64,000 bases of DNA, from IMG/VR virus record IMGVR_UViG_3300042907_001080, positions 62,001-126,000 of that record. One strand, 5' to 3'. How positions within the stretch are numbered: the first letter of the stretch is position 1; each line of letters starts with the position of its first letter. The notes under the pieces were generated by a model. It searched no databases. It was not told the DNA's origin and saw nothing but the letters and a program-made list of their open reading frames with translations. Positions 17,501 through 26,192 of this stretch are shown here, in pieces. Position numbers and translations under genes: made by a program.

Positions 17501-20169
17501 TCGATGCCGTCTGCGATGGCGCCATACGTACCATAAGAACAGTTGCCGTTTGTGGCTCGTATAACACCACCGTCTTCGGCAAAATATCCAATATGACAAT
17601 AATATGTGAACACCGAAACCAATTCTGCTCGACCGTTATTACGCACCCAAGCTCCGATTCCGTCACTTAAGACCTGTGTGAAGTCGTTGCTAACAATAGA
17701 TCTATTGCCTCCGTTGTGCAGAGCACCGTCGATCTTTTGTCCAACACAGCCTGTGCCTATGGTAGTAACACCTTGAATATAAGGAGATCGAGTAGTGATC
17801 CAGGTACTATTATCGTTTGGTCCCCATCCTGGATCCAGCGACACATAGGCACCTCCCAGCGGTATCTGATATAGATCAAAGGCCACAGGCGGATTCAGGG
17901 TTGATTCTAATCCCTTCAAAGTGCAGTTGCGTATTCCGGTAGCATTTCTCACATAGAACATGTCTTCGGTATTTGTGCATCCTAGTATTTGATTTCTATA
18001 ATATCTTGCTGTTAACAAAGATTTGTAATTGCCTGTATATATGATATCATATTTCCAAGCATCTACATATCCACGAATACTGTGTCGCAGCATATCCGCA
18101 TCAAAATCATATGTAGGATATGTGGCCTGCATGTAGGCCACAGCTTCTGCAATGATAAAATTCTTGTTGGCTTCTAACACCAACACAGTATTGGTGTATG
18201 CTGTAGAAGTCTGTGCAGTATTAGTGCCTACTACTGCAGGATTTGAACCAGAACTGTTTACATAAAAATTGATGTAGGAAATTATATCTGTGATTTTGTT
18301 TTGTATTGCCACAGCAGCAGCACTGCTGGTAGTGATAGGCTGAATAACTGTGTTTAGTATCTCATTTAGCGGATTCTCAGGGTCAAATATTGGTGGGTTA
18401 AATGATACTTGAATCGATTCTGTCAAAATCACTTGATTCAAAGAATTACCCACAGATTTCGCTGGACTGATTGGAGTTCCTGCTATAATCGCTTGTATTA
18501 TTCCGGAAATTCTATTTAACACAGCTATATGTCGTGTGCGATCTGTAGCCGATAGCACTGGGCTCGATGGCTTTATTGTTGTGCTACGAAGTTCAGCACC
18601 TAGTATCACTGTTTTAGGTGGCACAATAATCGGAGTTAATTCCGTGTATTCACCTACAGCAACCTTGATGGTGGTATGTCCATTGTAGCCATCATTAACC
18701 TGTTCACAGGCAAATCTAATAGTTTTCCAAGGCAAGAATTGACTGGTGCCTCTTTCTGGATTGGTGTAATCATCGACACCTGTAGGATCCACGTATCTTA
18801 CTCTAGCTAGATCTCCCCAGTATGCGTAGTCAATACTGCTTTCTTGATTTGCTATAACAACTTGATTTTCTAATCCAACCGGAACACTAGTGAGACCAAA
18901 CGTGCTGCCGTCACCTACGATTGATCTTGAAAGGTCAAAGGTTAATAAATCCCCACGCTGCGACATTCCTATTTCTGAACCTGCCTGAAGCACGAGATCC
19001 CAATAATTTATACCCTCGCCGTTATCTCCCGGAAAATTAGCATTGGCAGCAATGTGTTCAACTGTGGCCTTATAGGTATTGCCTTTAAATACCACAAGTT
19101 CATTAAGACTATACGATGCACCTACAATCCAACTACCTCTAAATGTTTGAGCCACATTAACCAGTTCCCAATTACTGGAATCTAAATAATCCAAAGAACT
19201 GCCATCATTTACTGTATCAGCTATCGCTGTGTATAGATTTCCTCCACGACGAACTACATCTCCAACTTTATAATCTGTATCTGCACTCCATGTGCCCATA
19301 AAATCAGTGGCTTTTGATAGTACCTTCCAATTTACAGTGTCTTCGGTGATACTAGAACTGTTGGTATGATTGGTAACGGAGATATATAGATATCCTCCAT
19401 ATCTTACTATGTCGCCAATGGCGTAATAAACTGCATTGCTCCAGTTTTGATAAAAATTAAATCCAGAAAATTCTGTAACAAAATTTTCATTGGTGATATT
19501 AGATCCTGCAACATGTCCTGTAACACAACGTAAAATACTACCACCATATTTTACAAGGTCGTTGCGTCTGTATCTAGTAGTAGCAGTCCATGTTCCTTTA
19601 TATTCTATACCTTCGTAGTATATTTGCCATAATTCCCCGGCACTGTCGTCTTCGGTATCATTGTTTCCTATTTCTAAACCCAAATTTGTAGTAGATGAAG
19701 TGTGACCTATAATACATCTGTAAACAATACCGTTGTATCTAACAATGTCTCCAATACCGTATCTAGTAGCTGGCGTCCATGCTGATCTCCAATTGTCTGT
19801 TGATAGATATACAGCCCAATTTATTAAACTAGTGTCGAATATTGCTACAGACGTGTGGCTGGTAATACAAATATAGATAACACCACCATACAGTGCTAGA
19901 TCACCTGGATTGTATAGAGTTGTAGGATTCCAATTTCCGCGCCATGCATATCCGTCGGTCATCTTAATCCAGGCCGGAGTCGGTTGAGTGTCTCCAGGAT
20001 TACTATAGTAATTTTGGTCACCCGCAAAAGTGGATGCTGTGTGTTGTCTTTGGCATATCCAAGTGCTGCCTCCATACCTCACCACATCATCTTTAAAATA
20101 CGTAGTTGAATCAGCTGCCCATTCATTCTTCCACGTATATCTAATTCTACTGATCTTAAATTCTGCCAT
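14554..20169 (-). CDS. giant tail-fibre/virion structural protein (1871 aa), paralogue of 6676..14520
   Basis: Same N-terminus (MAEFK..RIR..WKN.W), same SLDPGWGP...WI.TRSPY.QG and SIVSNDFTQV.SDGIGAW blocks, same C-terminal domain. Confidence 0.85.
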   Translation of the reverse strand: MAEFKISRIRYTWKNEWAADSTTYFKDDVVRYGGSTWICQRQHTASTFAGDQNYYSNPGDTQPTPAWIKMTDGYAWRGNWNPTTLYNPGDLALYGGVIYICITSHTSVAIFDTSLINWAVYLSTDNWRSAWTPATRYGIGDIVRYNGIVYRCIIGHTSSTTNLGLEIGNNDTEDDSAGELWQIYYEGIEYKGTWTATTRYRRNDLVKYGGSILRCVTGHVAGSNITNENFVTEFSGFNFYQNWSNAVYYAIGDIVRYGGYLYISVTNHTNSSSITEDTVNWKVLSKATDFMGTWSADTDYKVGDVVRRGGNLYTAIADTVNDGSSLDYLDSSNWELVNVAQTFRGSWIVGASYSLNELVVFKGNTYKATVEHIAANANFPGDNGEGINYWDLVLQAGSEIGMSQRGDLLTFDLSRSIVGDGSTFGLTSVPVGLENQVVIANQESSIDYAYWGDLARVRYVDPTGVDDYTNPERGTSQFLPWKTIRFACEQVNDGYNGHTTIKVAVGEYTELTPIIVPPKTVILGAELRSTTIKPSSPVLSATDRTRHIAVLNRISGIIQAIIAGTPISPAKSVGNSLNQVILTESIQVSFNPPIFDPENPLNEILNTVIQPITTSSAAAVAIQNKITDIISYINFYVNSSGSNPAVVGTNTAQTSTAYTNTVLVLEANKNFIIAEAVAYMQATYPTYDFDADMLRHSIRGYVDAWKYDIIYTGNYKSLLTARYYRNQILGCTNTEDMFYVRNATGIRNCTLKGLESTLNPPVAFDLYQIPLGGAYVSLDPGWGPNDNSTWITTRSPYIQGVTTIGTGCVGQKIDGALHNGGNRSIVSNDFTQVLSDGIGAWVRNNGRAELVSVFTYYCHIGYFAEDGGVIRATNGNCSYGTYGAIADGIDASETPVIARNYTRAQQAIVAAAFAGDFVDEIQILEWANMGQDYTSATATFAGAGVNASVVFEEFRDDAVFEARRLDVNAGTTQIAQEIGGSGYVVVQNNAQGGDATTITIATNDANSIAEYLGMRIILTSGAGTGQYGYITAYDNVTKVMSVARESDDQPGWDHVVPGKPVTVPLLTNTTYRIEPRVIFSAPVYSAQEITTPATTTWSEIVFGDTTETYTNIAVNESGTGTTIDIVAALATFDIVKQGRNYTLTINNAGAGYEAGQLLTIDGNLIGGATPINDLLILVTDVSDDSTNSILSAQQKTYGTGEDNLAASGRFVVVSTAGSAAMYSSDGTNWTTFNMPTVGDWKCLAAGRVTYPTLGNHLFVAIRKGSAVAASSTDGINWITRSMPASRQWNSCIYGGGLFIAVATDSNSAAYSLNGTTWSSLVLPSFGDSTLNEWVDAAYGKQRYVALANSGNIVAVGTYNSTLNTWSWTGHIMDVVADSSAKDWVSIAYGNGRFVAISSTGDVAYSFDGNDWLPAVMPSQDGSTAHNWKKIRYAQGVFFAVGDTGFRTVGNDPTSGLTNFAATSFDGVVWTSRTLASIQSWQSVAFGTPYVDLRDSTVGNNTPTWIAIDNSNKFNKIQTGARALGRVTIASGVISGVKLWDPGSGYTEGPTCTFVDPNNNRDAKIECRTGDGVLAQPSWLNRGLGYRTLSTRVTVSGDGFADVIPTGKFIVINDLDAYPGPGANLVISGLSGSYTLVTIEELGLTDRGLAARIRVTPEIKARDNLQHLTEITIRTRFSQCRITGHDFLDIGTGNFEETNYPELYSGFYEPQPFNEIVEEDRGRVFYTSTDQSGNFRAGELFAVEQSTGTVTISSDFFDLSGLTELRLGGIRIGGTGAVVREFSTDPLFIADSNNIVPTQRAIAAYLANRLSVGGSEIAVGSFIAGTVLVGPDRINNTAGLRVIVPVLAEFNMANSGISGSMLAQTMFYRSFK

Positions 20170-20182
20170 GATTTATTCCACT

Positions 20183-20548
20183 TTAACTTGAATGACCTGT
20201 GGGATAGGTGTATCCCTGATTTATTCTCTGGGTTAATCTTCCCTGATTATCTACATAATACAACATGTTTCTGTTGTCCCAACGATATTGTGTCCAGACT
20301 AAATTGTCATATTCTACTTCGTGATCTTGCGTGATACCATCAAAATAATCTACGCCTGGTTCAAAATCTTCAAAATTTTCTTCAGGAGCGCCTGGTAAAT
20401 TTAATTCAATGCTGTCTTTGTCTTTGAGTTGATCACTTCTATACAAAAATAATTCTCCGTCGCTGTTTCTACGCAGAGCATACCAATAGCGAGGACTATC
20501 TCCTAGTGCTTCATCTGGACTTTGACCTAAATAATAATTACTTGGCAT
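20183..20548 (-). CDS. hypothetical virion-associated protein (121 aa)
   Basis: In the structural operon with SD AGGA. YALRR..DG.L and QYRWD....YYVD.QG.L motifs. Confidence 0.75.
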   Translation of the reverse strand: MPSNYYLGQSPDEALGDSPRYWYALRRNSDGELFLYRSDQLKDKDSIELNLPGAPEENFEDFEPGVDYFDGITQDHEVEYDNLVWTQYRWDNRNMLYYVDNQGRLTQRINQGYTYPTGHSS

Positions 20549-20557
20549 GATTTTTCC

Positions 20558-20890
20558 TTAAGATATTTCTACATAACTAACAACAACATCAATGCTGTCT
20601 TCGGTATCGCTGACTATTCGTATACCTGCGGTTTCTGGTAATATCAGTTTTTCACCTTGTGTGATAATCTTAGCTGTGCTGTTAGGAGAAATTGATAATC
20701 CTCGTATATAGTGTGCTTGAGTAGAATTTTCATCTATAATATACACGTCAACTACGGCGGTGTCATAGTCTGTGATATTGGCCAAATTCAATCCAATCAC
20801 CGTAGCTCTTACTCCCAGTGGTATCTGTATTACATCAACAGGAGTAGTTCCTATATTAGTGTTAACCGCATGTCTAAATAAGGTTGGCAT
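20558..20890 (-). CDS. small virion structural protein (106/110/133-aa family)
   Basis: TVIGLNLAN, I.PNST...I..GEKLIL, S.DVVVSYVEIS. Confidence 0.8.
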   Translation of the reverse strand: MPTLFRHAVNTNIGTTPVDVIQIPLGVRATVIGLNLANITDYDTAVVDVYIIDENSTQAHYIRGLSISPNSTAKIITQGEKLILPETAGIRIVSDTEDSIDVVVSYVEIS

Positions 20891-20893
20891 ATT

Positions 20894-21946
20894 TTATCCT
20901 AGTGTGAGTGCTATCTGCACTGCAATGTCGTTGGCCTGGGTAATACTCACAGCTCCCGATGCTCCAGCCGGTGATGCCCAAGTTAACCCGTCCCATATTT
21001 CTAATGCTTTAGAATTGGTATTAAATCTAGTCATTCCTAAAACTGCATAAGCTGTAGGACGTTGTCCGTCATCTCCTCTAGGAGGAACAAACCCATTAGT
21101 ACCTTGTATTTTAAAATAGCCTGTGCCAGACTGTGCTATTTGTGTGATTGCATTTGTAGACACATTTGTAATAACGTTGTCAACAATTCTAAAATTACCT
21201 AATCTAACACCGCCTGCACCGTTGCCATCAATGTATAGATCTTGTCCAGTAGTTGTGGTAATCTCATTGTCACGGAACATCAAGTTTCCAACATCCAATG
21301 CTGGAACGTTTATAGTATTGGTATAAAAATCATTGACATAGATAGCTCTCCAACGGAATGTGGGAGATCCTAGATCATAAAGATTATCAGTTTCTGGCAC
21401 AAGGTCGCTGCGAATGCTGGCATTGATTACAATATTATCTGTAAGAGCATCACCAATAGTTATATTTCCGCCAATGACTATATTACCGGTAGCACTTACA
21501 TTTCCTGTAACTGCTAGATTTCCTGTGATATTGGTGTTGGCTATGACATTAACTGTGCCGGTTCCATTAGGGTCTATTTCTATAGAACTGTTGCTGACAG
21601 TGGTTGATATAACATTGCCTTGCAGTTGTAAATCGTCTATCTGCAGTCTTGAGTGGTAAACAGTGGCTTCACCTGCTGCCGCTGCAAAATTTATAGTGTT
21701 GGAATCACTAGTTATGGTATTACCAGTAAAGTGTAAGTTTCCAATATTTAATTGATTGTCTACTGTGACGTTTGTAGAACGGGTGTGTCCGTTGACATCG
21801 AGGTCAACCGTTGGGGTCGCTGTGCGTATCCCGATTCGAGAGTTCACAACATCTAGATAGAGTAAGTCCGTCTCGAATGCCAGATTTTCTCCTGCACGAA
21901 GAAGATTTGACTTCAAGAGCTGACCGGAAATGCGACCGATAGCCAT
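20894..21946 (-). CDS. fibre-like virion structural protein (350 aa)
   Basis: MAIGRISGQLLKSNLLR.G.NLAFET.LLY.DV; beta-repeat shaft; P.G...QRP...GMTRFNT...LE.WDG..W. Confidence 0.8.
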   Translation of the reverse strand: MAIGRISGQLLKSNLLRAGENLAFETDLLYLDVVNSRIGIRTATPTVDLDVNGHTRSTNVTVDNQLNIGNLHFTGNTITSDSNTINFAAAAGEATVYHSRLQIDDLQLQGNVISTTVSNSSIEIDPNGTGTVNVIANTNITGNLAVTGNVSATGNIVIGGNITIGDALTDNIVINASIRSDLVPETDNLYDLGSPTFRWRAIYVNDFYTNTINVPALDVGNLMFRDNEITTTTGQDLYIDGNGAGGVRLGNFRIVDNVITNVSTNAITQIAQSGTGYFKIQGTNGFVPPRGDDGQRPTAYAVLGMTRFNTNSKALEIWDGLTWASPAGASGAVSITQANDIAVQIALTLG

Positions 21947-22065
21947 TAGCTCTCCAATTTACCCGGTGTTACACCGTTAACCAGATTTTCAGCTCACGCT
22001 CTTTGCCGGTTTACCGCAGTCGGATCCTGCAAAAATGGTCGTTTTTGCAATTAAAAGTATTTATC
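21947..22065 (-). promoter_or_regulatory. late promoter (GATAAATA 22058-22065) plus structured ~105-nt 5' leader
   Basis: Hairpins TGCAAAAA/TTTTTGCA, AACCGG/CTGGTT capped by AGC-GTGA-GCT, and CGGTG/CACCG just before SD GGAG. Confidence 0.5.
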
Positions 22066-22077
22066 GATTTTTGAAAA

Positions 22078-23175
22078 TTACCCTAACATCAGGTTATAAA
22101 TATGGCTGAGGTCTTCCATAATCTCAACACTAACTTCGACACCGCCACCTGTGCCGATTGCCCACACAGTGCCGTCGTAACATTCTAAATATCCTTCTTC
22201 AGTGTTCCACCGTGTTTCACCAACTTCTGGGCTGCCTCTTCTCTGGGAATTATCTCCTGAGGGTATGACAAATGCATTGGTATCCATGAATCTCAAATAT
22301 CCAATGCCTGCTGTGCTGGCAAAAATCAATGGTGTATTTAAGAGGTTGGTTATGTCATTGTTCTGCCACTGTGTGGCCTCTATGCGAGTAATGCCTGTGT
22401 CTGGCAATAATACTACATCGTCGTTGCTCTGCGTGGCCGATATTTTATTAATTACTCCGTTAAGGATAAGTTGATCACTAACTGTTACTGATTGCGACCG
22501 TAGTCCGCTGCCGGGCCATGCTCCGTTGGTTATATTTGTCCAGTCCGGTGCATGTATTTGACTCCAACGCCTTGCACTGCTGTCACCTGCGTCTGCACCC
22601 ATAGCATAGGTCAAATCATCTCCAGGTATGATGCTTTGAGTAAAATCTGTGTTTATAGTAATCGTATCTAAAGTTTGGTCACCAAATGTCAAGGTTCCTT
22701 GACCTGATAAATTTCCGCTGATATTGATGTTTCCACTTACTGCAAGATTACCAGCGATGTCAGTGTTGGCTCTTAACTCTACTGTTCCTGATCCGTTGGG
22801 ATCTAGAACTATGTCGCTGTTAGACAAGCTAGATATAAGATTGCCATCTAATACAAGATTGTTTGTGATCAATCGATCATGAAATATTTCGCCGTCACCG
22901 TTGATATACACATCAATACCACCTACACTGGTGGTAAAATTATCAGGTGAATTTATTCTTAAATTGCCTGGAGCTATCTGTGTGACTACAGTGAGATCGT
23001 TGGTTGTAAAATTGCTGTTTACATCTAACGTATATACTGGCGTTGAATCTCTAACGCCAATACGTTGATTGTTGACATCTATATATAGTAGATTAGTTTC
23101 AAACGCAAGGTCAACGCCTGCACGTAACAGGTTGTCTGTTAATACCTGTCCACCTATGCGCCCCAATTGACTCAT
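22078..23175 (-). CDS. fibre-like virion structural protein (365 aa), paralogue of 20894..21946
   Basis: GRI.GQ.L..NLLRAG..LAFET.LLY.DV N-terminus; IPSG..SQR...GETRWNT...LECYDG..W. Confidence 0.8.
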   Translation of the reverse strand: MSQLGRIGGQVLTDNLLRAGVDLAFETNLLYIDVNNQRIGVRDSTPVYTLDVNSNFTTNDLTVVTQIAPGNLRINSPDNFTTSVGGIDVYINGDGEIFHDRLITNNLVLDGNLISSLSNSDIVLDPNGSGTVELRANTDIAGNLAVSGNINISGNLSGQGTLTFGDQTLDTITINTDFTQSIIPGDDLTYAMGADAGDSSARRWSQIHAPDWTNITNGAWPGSGLRSQSVTVSDQLILNGVINKISATQSNDDVVLLPDTGITRIEATQWQNNDITNLLNTPLIFASTAGIGYLRFMDTNAFVIPSGDNSQRRGSPEVGETRWNTEEGYLECYDGTVWAIGTGGGVEVSVEIMEDLSHIYNLMLG

Positions 23176-23177
23176 GG

Positions 23178-23903
23178 TTAGTTGGCGTATCCGTAGTATA
23201 CAGTTACGTAAACTGGATTACCGCCTCCTCCCGATGCTGGTACTGCTGATGTAAATGTGAGATAGTATCCAGCGATACGTACCTTACCTGATCCTGTAGG
23301 AGTCCCGCCACTTTTTGTAAACACTGTGCCTACTGTGTTTGCACCTGCACCGAATGATGTAAATGTTGTAGTTCCTACCGAAGTAATTATATAACTTGTG
23401 CCGTTGTTTCCGCTACTCAATGATGTGGCATTAATTTCTGCGCCTGTTCCTGTGCTTGTGGGATTTTGAACCACTGTAAAATTGGTGGTAGAAATCTGCA
23501 TGACGTTTTCTACTAATACCAACACATTATCTGCACTGGCAGCATACGATGGTGCATAGGTGCTGTTCAACGGTCCAAAAATAGTAGAAACACCGTCTCC
23601 TGGGCCTAGTGTTTGTTTGGTAATAGCAGCAGCAAATGGACTTGCTACTGTGACCCAGGCGCCGCCTACATAAGCTTCTAGTGCTGGAATTGTTGTGTTA
23701 TACCGAATAGTGCCGTTGGCATCTGTAGGTTGCCGAACACTGGTCAACTGTGGTCGTTGTGCAGTTGTGCCTTTGGGCAACATCATACCACCGTTGGCGT
23801 TGATCACTACTCTATTGCCAGGACCGTTGCCAGCAGGATAATAAATCAACGCACGATCGTTGATGCTAAACTGAGAAATATTTTTAGTCTTTAAGAATTT
23901 CAT
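23178..23903 (-). CDS. virion structural protein (241 aa)
   Basis: Start reassigned to MKFLKTK at 23903 (ATGA overlap with the upstream stop). LPKGTTAQRP...GTIRYNT...LEAY.GG.W; LV.VENV.Q motif. Confidence 0.75.
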   Translation of the reverse strand: MKFLKTKNISQFSINDRALIYYPAGNGPGNRVVINANGGMMLPKGTTAQRPQLTSVRQPTDANGTIRYNTTIPALEAYVGGAWVTVASPFAAAITKQTLGPGDGVSTIFGPLNSTYAPSYAASADNVLVLVENVMQISTTNFTVVQNPTSTGTGAEINATSLSSGNNGTSYIITSVGTTTFTSFGAGANTVGTVFTKSGGTPTGSGKVRIAGYYLTFTSAVPASGGGGNPVYVTVYYGYAN

Positions 23904-24301
23904 ACAGCTAATACGCTCACAGTTACACTTAGTCCTGCGGCTTGTGAAGTGCCAACCCATATTTGGTCGCCGCTGGCCAACACTATGCGTTCTTCAGAAA
24001 AGAACACAGTTTCACCGGCAGGTATTACAAGATTGCTGACCACAAGATTACCAGCTGCATAACTTAGTCCGCTTCGAACTATATAGATATTTACTGTAAC
24101 ACTGTTAGTAGTTTCGTCTGCAGGATCGGGTGCTAGTGTGTTGCACAATGCTATGGTGGTCACGGCATTTTCTCTACCCGTCACTCCACCTCCAATAGGC
24201 CCGCCTGTGGTTGAGCTGGTAAACACTTTAACTGGAATAGTGACATTGGTAGAATCTACCAGTGATAGTGTGCCTTCGGGATTTTCATAGTTTCTTATCA
24301 T
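23900..24301 (-). CDS. small virion structural protein (133 aa)
   Basis: AVTTIALCN, L.IPAGET.FF..ERIVL.SGDQI; same family as the 106- and 110-aa proteins. Confidence 0.75.
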   Translation of the reverse strand: MIRNYENPEGTLSLVDSTNVTIPVKVFTSSTTGGPIGGGVTGRENAVTTIALCNTLAPDPADETTNSVTVNIYIVRSGLSYAAGNLVVSNLVIPAGETVFFSEERIVLASGDQIWVGTSQAAGLSVTVSVLAV

Positions 24302-24310
24302 ATGTGTCTC

Positions 24311-25363
24311 TTAAAATAGCATGCTGAATACCAGTGCTTTGTTTTTACTTATCAACTCACCATTTTGTTTTGCAGTTTCTGCGCTGTCGTTGACAAAATA
24401 TACTCCTGTGGTGCCTGTGCCAGGCACAGCTGCATATAGCAATACATTATTTGATACATATCCGGGCACTGTGCCAATTTTTTCAAACTGCATGGCATAG
24501 TTGGTTTGAAGTTTACCGGTGCCTTGAGTTCTTACATAAATGTTTTCGTTGGTTATGCTGGCACGACTTGTAATTTCATTGCGATCCGGCCCGCCACCAA
24601 TTTCTAGATCGCCTACTTCAAATCTATTTGTATAGAACTGTCCGACTAGAGCATTGTCTACTATTATCGAAACTGCACTTTCACCAAAAGTATTATAACT
24701 AGTGGTTGCTGTAAAATATGCCAACGATCCAGCTGTGCCAGCGAGATTAGGAGTAATATCTTTGTCTGCAATAACCACTCTGGTGTCTTGGCTTTGTGGT
24801 GCTACAATTTGAAATGTGGGATTATTTTGAATTGCATCATCAACAAATTTCTTGTTTGGAATATCATCATCTTCTGTGACTTGATCTTCATAATTAATAG
24901 TACCCAACACTTTTACTACTCCGGTGCCGGTTCCTATCAGTGTGAGGTCACCTGAATCGGTGGTGCTGTTTGTTAGTATCTGTTTGAGGCGAAGACTACT
25001 GGCATCAAAATTAAACGGCCCTGGAGCAGAACCATGCGCGATTAACCACGAGTCAGTGCTTTCGTCGTAGAGCAAGCTGGCGTTGTTCTGCGGAGTTACT
25101 GCAGAAGTATTGCCACGATCGATTTCAACACCAGAATATATCAGGGTAACACCTGGTCCTACTTCACCAGTGTTTAGCGATATAATGTTATCTTCAATGG
25201 TTAAGTTAGTAGTACTGATATTAAAGGTATCACCTTCGACCACGAGATTACCAGTGACTCGTACTGACCCACCACTCACAGCAGGTCCAGTGTCAAGTGT
25301 TATCTTGGCACCGTCGCCTGCTCGAATGTTGTAGTCGCCGTTGACTCTTAGAAACTGTCCCAT
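24311..25363 (-). CDS. virion structural/fibre protein (350 aa)
   Basis: VTGNL.VEG......TTNL.IEDNII.LN.GE.G.G, G.EIDRG, DIPNKKFVD, C-terminal ELISKNKALVFSMLF. Confidence 0.8.
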   Translation of the reverse strand: MGQFLRVNGDYNIRAGDGAKITLDTGPAVSGGSVRVTGNLVVEGDTFNISTTNLTIEDNIISLNTGEVGPGVTLIYSGVEIDRGNTSAVTPQNNASLLYDESTDSWLIAHGSAPGPFNFDASSLRLKQILTNSTTDSGDLTLIGTGTGVVKVLGTINYEDQVTEDDDIPNKKFVDDAIQNNPTFQIVAPQSQDTRVVIADKDITPNLAGTAGSLAYFTATTSYNTFGESAVSIIVDNALVGQFYTNRFEVGDLEIGGGPDRNEITSRASITNENIYVRTQGTGKLQTNYAMQFEKIGTVPGYVSNNVLLYAAVPGTGTTGVYFVNDSAETAKQNGELISKNKALVFSMLF

Positions 25364-25376
25364 TTACGGTCCTAAA

Positions 25377-25784
25377 TTACGGTGCTGTTAGAGAAAGTAT
25401 GCTAGTTGTAGAGTCGTTAACTATAGACCATTTGTATCTTGTGCCGTTAAAATCTACAGCTATTTTGTTGGTTAACTTGGCTATTCTTATACCCTGTCCG
25501 TTAAATTCACCCATAATGCTCATTTCATTTGCATCTAAAGCACCGTCTGCTTTATCTACTAGTTGGCAAACTCCTACATTACCTTGGCTGTTTCCTGATT
25601 CAGTGTCACCTACTAGTTTGTTTGTACCAGTTTTTTTGTCGTTGACTATAAATCTTTTTGGTGAGCGTTGACGAACGATATAACCTACTGCAGATTCTGC
25701 ATTTGATCCTACTTGACAGTTTACCGTGATGTTAGTACCATCATCTAATAAACCAAAAAATTTCTTGTTTAGTGGGCGTCCCAT
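25377..25784 (-). CDS. conserved hypothetical protein (MGRPLNKKFFG; probable virion protein)
   Basis: Strong SD AAGGAG, its own late promoter, GYIVRQRS..RF.V motif. Confidence 0.8.
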   Translation of the reverse strand: MGRPLNKKFFGLLDDGTNITVNCQVGSNAESAVGYIVRQRSPKRFIVNDKKTGTNKLVGDTESGNSQGNVGVCQLVDKADGALDANEMSIMGEFNGQGIRIAKLTNKIAVDFNGTRYKWSIVNDSTTSILSLTAP

Positions 25785-25858
25785 TTGTTTCTCCTTGTGT
25801 TTGACGTTCTAGGTCTACGCGGCGGGTACCGCATAATTCTTCTAGATACTTTATTTAT
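25785..25858 (-). promoter_or_regulatory. late promoter (ATAAATA 25852-25858) plus hairpin leader
   Basis: Leader stem TCTAG...TATGCGG-TACCCG-CCGCGTA...CTAGA upstream of the SD. Confidence 0.55.
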
Positions 25859-26124
25859 CCGCGACTTAGCAGACTCATCAGTTCCATTTTTTCTACAGTG
25901 TTTAATATTGTATTGATGGCATTGATTTCTTGTTGTGCTTTTTCTAAATATCCGCGATTTTTAGTTTGTCTATACAAGACCATTATTTTACTGTGCGCAG
26001 TAATGTGTTGGTTTATTATTTTTTCAATGCGTTGAACATCATGCGTAAACATTGGAAAGCGATTTCTCCATGCCGTAAACTGCTCACGTAGTTGTTTGAA
26101 GTCTTGTTCCGATTCCACTTTCAT
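25855..26124 (-). CDS. hypothetical helical protein (~89 aa)
   Basis: The annotated start overlaps the gp23 terminator. ATG 26124 is 5 nt after TAAATA (26130-26135). Confidence 0.6.
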   Translation of the reverse strand: MKVESEQDFKQLREQFTAWRNRFPMFTHDVQRIEKIINQHITAHSKIMVLYRQTKNRGYLEKAQQEINAINTILNTVEKMELMSLLSRG

Positions 26125-26142
26125 CATGATATTTAAGTCAAA

Positions 26143-26168
26143 CAAAAAGGCTCCGAAGAGCCTTTTTG
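26143..26168 (-). terminator. Rho-independent terminator after the major capsid gene
   Basis: Minus strand CAAAAAGGCTC-TTCG-GAGCCTTTTTG: C(UUCG)G tetraloop hairpin plus U-tract, the typical T4-like form. Confidence 0.9.
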
Positions 26169-26192
26169 AAGTTGCGTTATACGTGTTACAGA

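Noticed and set aside
6676-20169. Diversity-generating retroelement or invertible tail-fibre switch between the paralogues
   Set aside because: No reverse transcriptase or invertase in the window, and the similarity is at protein level rather than near-identical DNA with adenine-specific differences.
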